Program-made: the position numbers and the translations under genes
Notes under the pieces: generated by a model
What the model saw: the letters and a program-made list of their open reading frames with translations, nothing else
What the model was told of the DNA's origin: nothing
The model's database searches: none
Source of the DNA: Pristiophorus japonicus
Taxonomy: Eukaryota
Direction: 5' to 3'
DNA: 64,000 nucleotides
NCBI RefSeq assembly: GCF_044704955.1
Contig: NC_091980.1
Coordinates: forward strand, 207,576,001 to 207,640,000
Shown: piece by piece, positions 25,936 through 37,925 of the stretch
Layout of the letters: the number at the start of each line of letters is the position of its first letter
Position numbering within the stretch: position 1 is the first letter of the stretch

Positions 25936-25937
25936 AC
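24750..25937 (-). CDS. CR1 ORF2 reverse transcriptase C-terminal half (uninterrupted 395 codons; 5'-truncated, not a functional gene)
   Basis: YLDFQKAFDKVPH, GVPQGSVLGP, FADD, RPHLEYCVQFWSP. Confidence 0.9.
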   Translation of the reverse strand: MGSCLTNLLEFFEDVSSRVDKGEPIDVVYLDFQKAFDKVPHKRLMCKVKAHGIGGSVLTWIENWLSDRKQRVGVNGDFSEWQAVTSGVPQGSVLGPQLFTLYINDLDEGIKCSISKFADDTKLGDSVSCEEDAMRLQSDLDRLGEWANAWQMKYNVDKCEVIHFGGKNRETDYYLNGVRLGKGEVQRDLGVMVHQSLKVSMQVQQAVKKANGMLAFIARGFEYRGREVLLQLYRALVRPHLEYCVQFWSPNLRKDILAIEGVQRRFTRLIPGMAGLTYQERLDQLGLYSLEFRRMRGDLMETFKILTGLDRLDAGRMFPMLGKSRTRGHSLRIRGKPFRTEMRRNFFTQRVVNLWNSLPQKVVEANSLNIFKRELDEVLTTRGIKGYGEKAGRGY

Positions 25938-27419
25938 TGTGCTCGCTAGCTACCACCCCACCTCCAACCTTCCTTTCTTCTCCAAAGTCCTTGAACATGT
26001 TGTCGCCTCCCAGATCTGTGCCCACCTTTCCCGGAACTCCATGTTTGAAACTCTTCAATTTGGTTTCCGCCCCTGCCACAGTACCGAAATGGCTCTCATC
26101 AAAGTCACAAATGACATCCTTTGTGACCTGTCTGTAGCCTTTGACACAGTGGACCACTCCATCCTCCTCCAATGCCTCTCCACCATCTGGTTGGGACTGC
26201 ACTTGCCTGGTTCCATTCTTATCTATCTAATCGCAGTCAGGAAATTCTTGCAATGGCTTCTCTTCCCACTCCTGCATCGTTACCTCAAGTGTCCCCCAAG
26301 GATCTATCCTTGGCCCCCTCCTATTTTTCATCTATATGCTGCCCCTTGGCAACATCATCTGAAAACACAGAGTCAGTTTCCACATGCATGCTGACGACAC
26401 CCAACTCTACTTCTCTCGACCCCTCCATGGTCTCTAAATTGTCAGACTGCTTGTACTGGATGAGCAAAAATTTTCTCCAATTAAATATTGGGAAGACCGA
26501 AGCCATTGTCTTTGGTCCCCTCCACAAACTGCGTTCCCTAGTCAATAACTTCATCCCTCTCCCTAGCATTTATCTAAGGCCAAACAGACTGTTCGCAACC
26601 TAGGTGTCATATTTGACAATAAAATGAACTTCCGGCCACATATCCGTGGCACAAGCAAAACCGCCTATTTCCATCTCCGTAACATTGCCCACCTCCGCCC
26701 CTGCCTCAGCTCATCTGCTGTTGAAACCCACATCCATGCCTTTGTTATATCTAGACTTGACTACTCCAACGCACTCCTGGCTGGCCTCTCACATTCTTCC
26801 CTATGTAAACATCAGCAACCCGTGTCCTAACTCGCACCAAGTCCCGATCATCTATCACCCCTGTACTCGCTGATCAACATTGGCTTCTGGTTAAGCAATG
26901 CCTCGTTTTCAAAATTATCATCCTTGTTTACAAATCACTCCATGGCCTCGCCCCTTCCTATCTCTGTAATCTCTTTCAGCCTCACAACTCCCCCAAGATA
27001 TCTGCGCTCCTCAAATTCTCGGCTCTTGAGCATCCCTAATTATAATTGCTCAACTATCGGTGGTTGTTCCTTCAGCTGCTTGGGCCCTAAGCTCTGGAAC
27101 TCCCTGCCTAAACCTCTCTGCCTCTCTACCTCTCTTTCTTCCTTTAAGACGCTCCTTAAAACCTACCTCTTTGACCAAGCTTTTGGTCATCTGCCGTAAT
27201 TTCTTCTTTTGTGACTGCAGTTGTAACAAATGTATTTGTTTTGTTTTATAACACTGCTGTGAAGCACATTGGGACATTTTATTAGGTTAATGGTGCTATA
27301 TAAATAAAAGTTGTTGCTGTTATTCACTTCACATTAACATGAAATTTGCAGTATAGCTTGCTCATAAATCAAAGGATAGATAAGGAAGTCATAGAAACTT
27401 TAGGAAGAAAGCAACTACA

Positions 27420-27710
27420 GGGTTAAATTGGTTGGAAAAATCCATGGTGCCCTTTACGCCAGTATTACGCCCTAAAGCCGGCACTTCTAGCTGATGGTCC
27501 CCTCCAGTGATTACCCTAATATAAATCATGGGGTCAGATCATTTTTGTGTTATTTGGCATTGGCTGAGTGTAATTTCCATGTAACACGTCTCTCACGTGA
27601 TGTGAAGTGTGGTGGCAGTAGCAGTGGCACTGAGTGCCACCTCTCTTACTCCCATAACTACAGACCAATGCTGGAAAAAGTTAAATGACTTGAAGATCTG
27701 AGACAAGGTA
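27420..27710 (+). mobile_element. old Harbinger remnant with Myb/SANT exon end
   Basis: GGGGTTAAATTGG terminus; DQCWKKLNDLKI*DK|GTAATA at about 27664-27712. Confidence 0.45.
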
Positions 27711-28640
27711 ATACACCTGCCAATTATCAAAGAAGAAGTCAAACAATAAAGTCATGAAGTAGCAAGTTTATTAACCTTAGAATCATAGGTTAGAAATTTG
27801 TGAGCACCACAGATGTGAACTCGGCACTGGGAGCAAACCCTGCACCTGAACAGGTAAGCCCAAGGCCCAATAAATATTTGAATACATTCGGCCGAGCTAC
27901 CACACATCCCCAGTCAACTCACCAGCATAGCAAGTTTAATTTTGTGCTGATTAGGCATCGGTAAGTCTTGGCGGAGAAGTGCGGGCATCAGGAGTGCTGT
28001 AGAGTCTAGAGTTGCCAACTCTGCTTGGAGACTTTCCTGGAAGTTTCATCACATGATGTTCTGACCATGTGACATCTGACCATGTGACATCACAGTTGAT
28101 ACAGGCAACAGGTATGCCTCTTTTAAGTCATTGTTAATTACCTTTGGTACAAAGGGAGCACATGTCATGGTTTTTGGAGACTCCAACACCTGTCATCTGC
28201 ATTAAAATATGTGGCAACGAGGTCGCAGCAGTAGCAGCAAGGAGACACATGCGGAAGGCCCCAGATTGTGATGGAGACTACAGCACTTCATTTCCGGGAG
28301 GAAACCCAGCAGAAACAGAGCTCGCCCCAGAATCCCACCTTCAAAAATGCTGTTACATTCATTTTACCCACAAACTTGCCAGAAATGTTGAATAATGTTG
28401 GGGCTGTACCTTGTGGCACAAAGAAAAGTCTTGGGAAGACTTCTTTTTGCTTCTTGGATGGTCACTATATTATACATATTTCAATATAGTTAAGAATGTT
28501 ATTTACACAGGTTTGCAACCATAGCTAATCATTTTATAATGGGGCCATTTACATTATGATACATTATCAGGGTTCACTTGCATTTCTTCCAATTTTGTTG
28601 AATGTAGCTTCCAAGCATGCATGGGTCGGGCTCTTTTACA

Positions 28641-29190
28641 AACATAAGAAATAGGAGCAGGAGTAGGCCATTTGGCCCCTCGAGCCTGCTTTGCCATTCA
28701 TTAAGATCATGGCTGCTCTGATCATGGACTCAGCTCCACTTCCCTGCCTGCTCCCCATTACCCATTACTCCCTTATTGCTCAAAATTCTGTCTATCTCCG
28801 CCTTAAATATATTCAATGACCCAGCCTCCACAGCTCTCTGGGGCAGAGAATTCCATAGATTTACAACCCTCTGAGAGAAGAAATTCCTCCTCATCTCAGT
28901 TTTAAATCGACAGCCCCTTATTCTGAAACTATGTCCGCTAGTTTTAGTTTCCCCTATGAGTGGAAATATCCTCTCTGCATCCACCTTGTTGTGCCCTTAT
29001 AAGTTTCAATAAGATCACCTCTCATTCTTCTGAACTCCAATGTGTATAGGTCCAACCTACTCAACCTACCTTCATAAGTCAACCCTCTCATCTCTGGAAT
29101 CAACCTAGTGAACCTTCTCTGAACAGCCTCCAATGCAAGTATATCCTACCTTAAATACAGAGACCAAAACTATATGCAGTACTCTAGGTG
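28641..29190 (-). mobile_element. CR1 3' fragment (CATAAGAA subfamily)
   Basis: ORF 28730..28984; closely similar to 13960-14878. Confidence 0.92.
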
Positions 29191-30049
29191 TCACTAAGTT
29201 AAGTCTGACATTGTAACTGGCATGTAATATAATGACAGCCTTAAGGATTTTCCTGTTTAACAAAATATTTATTTAATGGTATTATTGGGAACAGTCTCTA
29301 GTCTGCCCTGGCGGCACTCGGTAATTTGTCCTTCATGCCATACACAGTAAGTGCTCACGCAATTTTGCCACATCTTGCATGGTCTCTTCAATTTGATTAT
29401 TTTCAACAATAGGGATATTAGTGAACAACACAACACAATGAGAGACAGGGGAAAACAGCTTCAGTAAAAGCAAACTAAAAAAGAGTAAGCAGAGACTGAC
29501 TGACATAAGTAATTACAAAATTAACAGAGGAAATAAAGCAGGTGTTAGGACAGAGATAGAAAGTTTGAAGTAAAGACACAGGTAAAGGACATCTCATAAG
29601 AATAGTGAAAATAGTGAAGCAGGTTTAAAAAAATGTTTCATTTAGGGAGCATTAAGTCAAAAAGGCAAAAGTGGGTAAGGCTATAATTATTGACAAAGCT
29701 TTAGAAATTACGGGCCCAAGTTTCGAGCCGCGCCTAGAATGGCGCAGTCCCGACCTGGACGCACGTTTTTCGCGCCACAAAGTGCGCCTAAAAAAACCCT
29801 CCAGATTCTCCAGCTCCCTGCAGGTCTTCTGGCCCTCGGCGCAGTGCAGCACGAGCTGTAGGGGGCGGAGCCAGGTTCCTGCGCTGAAAACAGTGCCGGG
29901 ACCTCTGCACATGCGCGCTGCAGTGGGCGCGCATGTGCAGTAGCTCCAGGCACCCAAAACTGTGTGGGAGGGGCCGAAGCACGCAGCCGCTAGCCCTGGC
30001 CGAATGGCCTCACTGGGGCTGCGTGCATAAGGCAACTCCCACGCCCAGC

Positions 30050-30430
30050 TCCTGCTTCCTCCCGACCCGACTCGACTCCCGCTTCCCGCCTCTGGATCGG
30101 ACCCAACACCGACCCGACTCCCGCTTCCCCCCCCTCCTGGACCGGACCCGACCCCGACACGGACCCGACTCCCGCTTCCCTGCCCCCCACCTCCGGACTG
30201 GACCTGACCCCGACCCGACTCCCGCTTCCCCCCCACCCCCCCCGCCCCCCGCCTCCGGACTGGACCCGACACGAACACCGACCCGACTCCCGCTTCCCCC
30301 CCCCCCTCAACCCCCCCGCCCCCGGACTGGACCCGACCTGACCTCCCTCCCCCCGACCTGACCCCCCTCTCCCTCCTTCCCCCCGACCCGAACCGAACCG
30401 AATCGAACCTCCCACCACCCCCCTGACTCG
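30050..30430. repeat. GC-rich minisatellite (GACCCGACTCCCGCTTCCCC core)
   Basis: About 5 recurrences of the core with CCCGA subrepeats; a related array occurs at 22490-22730. Confidence 0.85.
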
Positions 30431-30519
30431 CCCTCCCCCCGACCCAACCCAACGCCACCTACCTGTAAATCTGGTGCTGGGGACGGGCCCTGCCCGAAGT
30501 CTCGGGCCCGGCCTGTTCA

Positions 30520-30875
30520 GCCTCCCTCCCCCTTCTCCTTACCCCCCAAATCTCCTTTCCCCCCATCTCCTTTCCCCCCCCAATCTCCTTCCCCTCCCCA
30601 TCTCCATCCCCCCCATCTCCATCCCCCCATCTCCTTTCCCCCTTCTCCTCCTTTCCCCCTTATCCCCTCTCCCCCTTCTCCCCCTTCTCCCCCATTCCTC
30701 CCACTTCTCCCCATCCTTCCCCCTTCTCCCCATCCCTCCCCCTTCTCCCCATCCCTCCCCATCCCTCCCCCTTCTCCCCCATCCCTCCCCCTTCTCCCCA
30801 TCCCTCCCCCTTCTCCCCCTTCTCCCCATCCCTCCCCCTTCCCTTCCTCTGCTCCCCCACTCTCTCCCTCCCCTC
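30520..30875. repeat. polypyrimidine tract (CCCCTTCTC/CCCCATCCCT units)
   Basis: Almost G-free C/T tract inside the MITE. Confidence 0.9.
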
Positions 30876-33480
30876 GCTGTCAGAAACACAGACACTGACA
30901 GACAGAGAATGAGAGACACACACAGACTGACAGAGAGATAGAGACACTGACAGAGACACACTGGGGGGGGGCGGGGGGGGGGGCATCCCAGCACGCTGTT
31001 GGAGGGCTCCCAGTGCTGCAGTCGGTAAGTAGAAAATGTTGTATTTATTGAATTTTTTTTAAAAAAATTATTTCTTATTAATTTTTTTTGATTGATTTAT
31101 TGGTTGATTTATTGATGTATTTATCATTTATTATTGATGATGGCTCTTTATTTGTAAAACTGAAGTGTTTAATGTTTGTAAACTTCCCTTTAAACCCCCC
31201 CCCCCCCCCATTCCCTACGCCTGATTTGTAACCTACGCCTGATTTTCTAAAGTGTCGACAAGGTTTTTTCGAGCGTACAAAAATCTTCACTTACTCCATT
31301 CTAAGTTAGTTTGGAGTAAGTTTTCACTGCCGAAACTTTGAAAACAGGCGTAAGGGGCCGGACATGCCCCCTTTTGAAAAAAAAATTCTGTTCCAAAGTG
31401 AAACTGTTCTAACTGACTAGAACTGGAGCAAACTAAATGACGAGGATTCCGATTTCTAAGATACTCCGTTCTACACCAGTTGCTCCTAAAAATCAGGAGT
31501 AAATCATGTCGAAACTTGGGGCCTACATGCCTTTGTACTTCTCTAGTACATCCTTATCTTACTTAGTTGTAATCTCTGCAGAGGGGATATTTAAAATAGA
31601 TTTAAAATAGATTTATTAAAGCAAATAGTATGTTCCCTATTCTTGTTCAAATTTAATTTTCAGCAGGTAGTTGGTAAATCTCTGGAAGATACATCTCTCA
31701 TTGGAATGTGAGACCAGATTCAGTGCATGGATTTTCTGTGATGCCTCCTAGCTGAGTTTATGTGGTAATGCAGTATGACCCCATTTGATGTTGGAAAATG
31801 CTCAAATATTCTACAAGTTACACCAGCTGCCCAGGACACCAGGGCCAAAACTCATGGGTTATCTCCAGCAGTTGTTGTGCCATGTCTTATGCATGTGAAT
31901 AAAATGAGGTCTTCTGACGGAATAACCTCTTTTCACATCTAGCTTTATTTGGCTGCTGTCTCACCTGAGTTCACTTGCTTGGTCAATGCAATCCCATTTA
32001 TCCTCTGTGGGGTGGCTAGATATGTCAAATTTCAGTTCCCTGGCAAGCACGTTGCTGAGAATAATGAGACCACGTTTAGTACACAGCTTTGTTTTGATGA
32101 TTTCTCAGATGAGTTCACATGCCAGTTTAGTGCGATATTTAGTTGAGCCCCTCAGGGTGGCCAAATAAGCTAGCATTTCAGCTCATTTACACCCCAACGA
32201 GTATGTATTGTAATGGAATAAGATCAACTTTCATACAGACCTGTTTTCATCATCTCAACTAGCTTTTCTTCCATTTTATTATTATCTCCATCTTGCCAAC
32301 ACTCTGGAAGCAGAATAGACCAAATTTAGTTTGGGGCCTTTAAACAGTTTTCATTTGTTCTTGCTACAATTAAAAACATTCCTTTGTTATTTAATAAAAG
32401 AAATGTTATTTTAATTTGTGAATAATTTTAATTAAAGTATACATCTGTACCACTCAAGTAAAACGGCAAATTTGGAACATAACGCTATATTTAATAATTA
32501 GACATGTTGAAAAAAAATATATGATTACCTTATCAAAAATCTGTACTTTCTGTACACATTAAACTTACTTCCTGGATCACACTTTTGTGTTGGAAAGCCA
32601 ATCAGTCAACAAATGACAATGGAAAACCCGACATCAACATTTTATAATGGGGAAACATGTCATCATTTAAAAACCGTGTGTCAGCTTTCACCATCACAAT
32701 TTGTTGATGAACCACTTGAATTATTCAAAAGACTTCTGAATTTTGTACTTTCGATGCCTTCTTAAAAGTTTTTATTTGCAGGCCTCAACCTCTCCCCAAG
32801 GCCTGGGCTTGACTTAATATCTTGGCCAAAGTTGTGGGATTCGATACCCAATGCTGAAAGTCACAGAATGCTATTTAATAAAAATGGAATTTGTCTGAAT
32901 CCGTCACTGTCAATCAATGTTCCTGATGAAATCCCCTACATGGCATAAACAACCGCATTATTAGAAAACACATCTTGGAAAATGCCATGAGAGATCTGCC
33001 AGTAACAAATAGCTGGGTCCCAAAAACTGGATTTTGCAAAATCGAATTCAAAATTATACGACTTCAATTTCTGTCTAGGCACTAAATCACATTAAGCCAT
33101 GCTAACATTTGGAAATCAATTAAATGTTCTTCACAATTGCAAATATAACATAGTTAAACATTGCCTTTTATACCTCTGACAGTACATTCAAATGGCTATC
33201 TAGAAAGTGGCATTTTTGACAGTTTTGACTGTTCCAATTTTAACCGCAGTACTTTTTAAATCTGCTTGCACCAAATGTGAAATTGCAGGACTGAGTACCT
33301 GCTTCATTTTGAATTTTGACAGTCACTCCACTGTAAAAACATTTCAAAGATAATAGGGTACATTTTCCAGCCAATAGCATCATTCACACCAGCACAAGAC
33401 AGGGTCAGGAGACCAGGCCGAGTTCCATGTTGCTGGATCCCTGCCCAAATTTATATAGCACTTAACAGCAGAGTTTCCTT

Positions 33481-36022
33481 GGGCTGGAACCTCAACTTTT
33501 TTTTGCCTGCTTAACGCCCATTTAATCGCTGAAATGACGTATAACGCCCAGATAGCGCCCATTTTGGCACAAAATGGAAACTGACCGGCTTTTTTAGGAG
33601 ACTTATCGCCGAGTGTTATTTTCCCCCATGTGCTTAACGGCGAGAAAAAATATTACCGCCCGCTCACTTTTTTTGGGTGGGATCAGCAGAATGGGCAATT
33701 TCAACGTCCATAATATCGCCCAGGGTCATATTCCTCACGGACTTAACGCCGAGATTCAATAATAACGCCCGGTGACTGTTTTTGGTTGGAAAGAGCATTT
33801 TTACCCAAACTAGCGGCCATGGAGATTGTCCACCGTCAATTTGACCACCTCGCACACATATCACCCAGAATATCACCCGCGCAAAAAAATGGCCACAAAA
33901 AGTGGAACTAACCGGGACGGACACCAGCGGTGTGGCTGCCATTTGTTAAATCCCACTCTTACGTGAGGAGCTGATATCCCAAAGATTTGCCTGAAAGGGC
34001 GCTGATGTGAATGACAATGGTGACACACTGCTGTGTGTGTGCAGCTCAGACATCAATGGTGCCCATCACCTTGGTGCCAGTTAAAGTTTATGTTGATTGA
34101 TGTTAAGTTGTATTTAACCCTTTCATGGTAAGAAATCACCAGTGTGTAACAGTCCAGCTATCTGAGACAATGCGCAACAACATTATGTTCAATAACAAAA
34201 GTTTAATACCAACATTGGTCTGAAATCATAAGTAACACAGCCAATAACACCCAACCCCTGCTCACATCCCACTTTTTCCACCATTGACATAAATCACATG
34301 GTCAACATGTCCAGCAACATGGAATACAAAGGCAAAGCAGGAGCGTGGTCCCCAGTCCCCATACATTACAACAAATTGCATACACCCAGATGGAGATATA
34401 ACACAGGCATCACCTGCGCACATGCACCTCACTTTTCTTCCCCCCTCTCTTTCTTCTCCCAACCTCCATCCATTCCCCTCCTCGCTCCATGGCGCCTAGC
34501 CGAGGAGCTCTTCAGGCATTGCCTCACTGGGGGGGATGAAGGCAGATGCGATCGTTGCACAGGTACGGGAGCGGGGAGTGCCGAGGGGGCAACATTCTCT
34601 GATGCAGAAACAGGATGTTGGTCCTTGCTCGCATCTGTCATTCGCAATGGTGGTGCGGAACCTAGGGGTGGAGTGCCATGCTCTGGTACCACTGGGAGGG
34701 CTGTGGCAGCAGTGTTCCTGGCTATCGCATCCATGGACTCTGCTATGCGCAGAATGTACTCGGATATGGTGGCCAGGTGTCGGGATATGCCCCCCAAAGC
34801 TTCGATGAGGTGGTCACCAATGTCTACAGTCCTCCTGGACAACTGAACCATCTCTCCGCTTTCATGTCGCGCTTGTGGAACAGACCTGCCGCGTCCACGA
34901 GGCCTCCGCAGGGCTGGCGCCATCCTGGGGACAAATGGGGTGGCCTGTAGAGAGGTGTTTGGGGCCGGCACCTCCAGAGTGGAGGCAGGAATGACAGGAG
35001 GATCAATAGATGGCCTTGGGGTGGAATGTGTTCTGGAGCGTCCAGAACAGACCCAGCGGATTGACAGGCAACAATCGGAGCTCCTCAGCACCAGGTGTAG
35101 TAGGATCATCCACCGACTCCTGCCCCGCGCTCCCACCTTCTGGCCTCTGTGGCCTTGCCTGGGGCCGTGCTGCTGGCTGAGCTGCAAGACACAAATGAGG
35201 TTGTTAAAGGAGAAGGAGGTGCTAGGGTGACAAGGTGAGTCCAGCGCTACCCACAACATATGAACGACAAAAGCACCACCACTCTCAAAATCATCGCAGA
35301 CATCACATTTCATAACCATCAACACATTGTGCATTGCAATGATTTTCATTACACCAGCATTATTTCTATGACACTTTTAGAAATCATCTCATATATGATT
35401 GCTCGGATATGAGTTGGTGTGACATCTATTGACTTTACATCACGCAATGGTATAAGCTTTACTCACGTGGCATCACTTCAGGGTCTGCAGATGCATCCGT
35501 GGCTGTCCGGGGGTGCTTCCCCATGAGTGCGAGCACCCGCTCCTCCATGTCAGTGATGTCGCTGGGGACTGGTGGCCCCCCACCCGTTCGCCTCTGCATG
35601 GACCTCATCGTTGATAACGTCTTCTGTACAGGGTGACAGGACAACATAGCATGTGATCATTGCGTGATATCATTGCTAGGTACTGTCACAGAGACTGATA
35701 CAACACTTAAACAACAGATGTAATCATGATTATTATGATTATTATCATTCTTTACCTAAAGACGTACACCGTGACCGCAGGCTTTGAGTAAAACATTCCC
35801 GGTAAAAGTGCAAAACCTCACATCTGCTGATAGTCACTCATGACTGTTACAAATCAAATTATAAAAATACATAAATACATGTAAATCAATGTTATACTTA
35901 CTCTTGCGGATCCCACAAGGTCGTTCCATCATTTGCGGCATTGGTTGCCCTCACACACCTCATTGGTCGCCGACGAGACCATCTCTGCTATCTCAGTCCA
36001 TATCCTCTGGTAGGCCTTTGGG
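33481..36022 (-). mobile_element. Harbinger derivative carrying a 3-exon Myb/SANT gene, truncated at the right
   Basis: GGGCTGGAAC terminus; exon IWTEIAEMVSS..NQCRK*WNDLVGSAR|GTAAGT (~35899); exon KTLSTMRSMQRRTGGGPP; last exon within ORF 34429..35349. Confidence 0.8.
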
Positions 36023-36361
36023 GTGGACTAGTGTCAATCGCCTGGATGGGTCGGAGAGGAATTTTCCCAGATTTTATCTCCCTGAATTGGCCTGGGTTTT
36101 TAACCTGGTTTTTGCCTCTCCCAGGAGATCACATGGCTCCGGTTGGGGTGGAGCGTAGATGTTTTCAGTATAAGGGGTGTCACATTATGTGAGGCGGACT
36201 GGTTGGGCTGGGTGCTCTTTGCCTTTCCGTCACTGTTCATAGGTTTATATGTAACCTTTAGGGCTGCTGACCAAGGGCCGTGCGGCTCTTTGTCGGCCGG
36301 CGCGGACATGATGGGCTGAAATGGCCTCCTTCTGCGCTGTAAATTTCTATGTTTCTATGTT
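36023..36361 (+). mobile_element. retroposon 3' end with CR1-type tail
   Basis: Ends GATGGGCTGAAATGGCCTCCTTCTGCGCTGTAAA(TTTCTATG)n; truncates the Harbinger exon. Confidence 0.65.
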
Positions 36362-36379
36362 AAAATGGGTAATGAAGAC

Positions 36380-37246
36380 TTTGGGTGTATTTTAATAGGC
36401 AGGAATGGGCGGGTTGGGGTCGGGTGTGTAGTTAAATTCAAGAAAAGCAAATCCTTCCAATGTGCTGACTTCCAGCTTTCACTGAGTTCCGTTTGGCTGC
36501 ATGCGAGTAACCTGGTCACTGGCGTTGGTGTGATCATTAACGTACGAGGTGTGCACATGCCCGTGGGGTCCCCGCAAGTTCCGGGTTTAGGCCTGCGAAG
36601 CACATGCACCTATTCCCGACACTTGCGATCTCTCAAAAATTCTGTTTACCGATCGCACGCATGCGCCTCTGCGGGCGGAGAGTTGGGCTATTTGCCAGCG
36701 ATTGTCCTTCAAATTCTTATGACTGAAAGAAGCAGGCGTAAGGCCTGCTTTTATCAACATAAGACTTTTAAAGTACAGAAAGAAATATTTTTAAACATAA
36801 TTTAAACATTCAAAATCCTGTTAAATGTAAGTTTATTTTTAGACCCTTTCAAATATGTAAATTTATTTTTCAAAATATCAAATTTTTGTTTGAAATAATT
36901 AATTAAATTTCATTTTTATTAATTTGAAATAAGTGATTTTCTTTTGTTATTTTCAGTGTTCCTTGTTTTTGGGGGTATTCCATTCATACTTATGGTGATT
37001 CCGTATATAAGGAATCAGTATGATTGTGGATCCCCTCACTCTGATAGTTTGGACCGGCCCACGTGATCTCATTGATGTGTACAAAACCCATACCATCCTG
37101 GGATACGTGTCCGTCTATGAAGGCCTCCGTATAGAGGACCAGGACCAGAAGCCTCCAAACCTCCGGGACCACCACATAGATTCGCAGAAATTTTTCAGGT
37201 CGGAGGCATCCGCCCGCGGGAAGCCTCCGACCGCAATTTCTGAGCT
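36380..37246. mobile_element. Harbinger-type MITE related to 13363..15392
   Basis: Shared blocks CCCCGCAAGTT, GAGTTGGG.TATTTGCC, an AT-rich core and CCTGGGATAC. Confidence 0.55.
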
Positions 37247-37283
37247 TATGTGTCGTCATAAAAAAAGTAAACTTAATAGCATA

Positions 37284-37925
37284 GGGCTAGATATTTGGGC
37301 TTCTGCTGCCCCTGTTAGTGCCCCAGAGGGGCGGCAATGGCGGCAGTAAGCACTTTCGGGCGGGCGGCCAGCTCCCAGCGCCCTGTCAGGACCTTCGGTG
37401 TTGGTTTTGACGAGGCGCGGAGCATTAACACCTGGAAGAGGCCGGCCTGTGTGCAATGTCCCTGGTTGTGACACCGGCTTGATTTTTGGCTGCCGTCTGT
37501 CCCTTAGCGCTCTGTAGAGCGCCCTGTTGGGACCGCCTGTGAAAGCCTGTGAAAATGTAGCAGCTGCAGTGAGGTAGGTAATGTCGACCTGAGGTAAGTG
37601 TGATTTTATTTTTTTGCGATTTATGTTGTGGTGGCATGAGTTATTTATTGGAAATATTTTTGGGGAGTTTTTTCCATCAGGTTTTATTGCCCCCTTGGCC
37701 TCTCTTACAGCGCTCCGAGGTTGGCTGTTTAGCTTGGGATTTTCTCTTGCTCAGCCGGCCTAGTGCACTAAGAGAGGTGTGCAACACCTCCCTTAGCGCT
37801 CCGCCCCACACTCAGGGCCCAGCTGCTGAATTTTGCTGACTGAGGCACAAACTGTTCCTGGGCACAAACTTTACTGCCCCACCGCCATTATAGCCCTGAA
37901 ATGAGCAGAAACGAAAATCCAGCCT
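37284..37925. mobile_element. Harbinger-type MITE
   Basis: Imperfect TIR GGGCTAGATATTT vs AAAATCCAGCCT. Confidence 0.55.

Larger units (their letters stand above)
22110..27320 (+). mobile_element. L2-clade LINE ORF2 plus 3' UTR, split by a MITE and a CR1
   Basis: HVNSPIHIHGHPLDL; ITPLL|DPTVLASYHPTSNLPFFSKVLE; QFGFRPCHSTEMALIKV; DLSVAFDTVDH; LQLNIGKTE; ISRLDYSNALL; 3' GCTATATAAATAAAAGTTGTTG. Confidence 0.9.
29712..31523. mobile_element. Harbinger-type non-autonomous element, family A copy 2
   Basis: TIR GGGCCCAAGTTTCGA vs TCGAAACTTGGGGCC (14/15); perfect 3-bp TSD TAC/TAC. Confidence 0.92.

Noticed and set aside
29652-30994. Gly/Pro/Arg-rich ORFs on both strands
   Set aside because: Low-complexity interior of a MITE that lacks stop codons by composition
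31620-33350. Unique AT-rich block with short open frames
   Set aside because: Manual translation gave no recognisable domain or consistent exon; left unannotated
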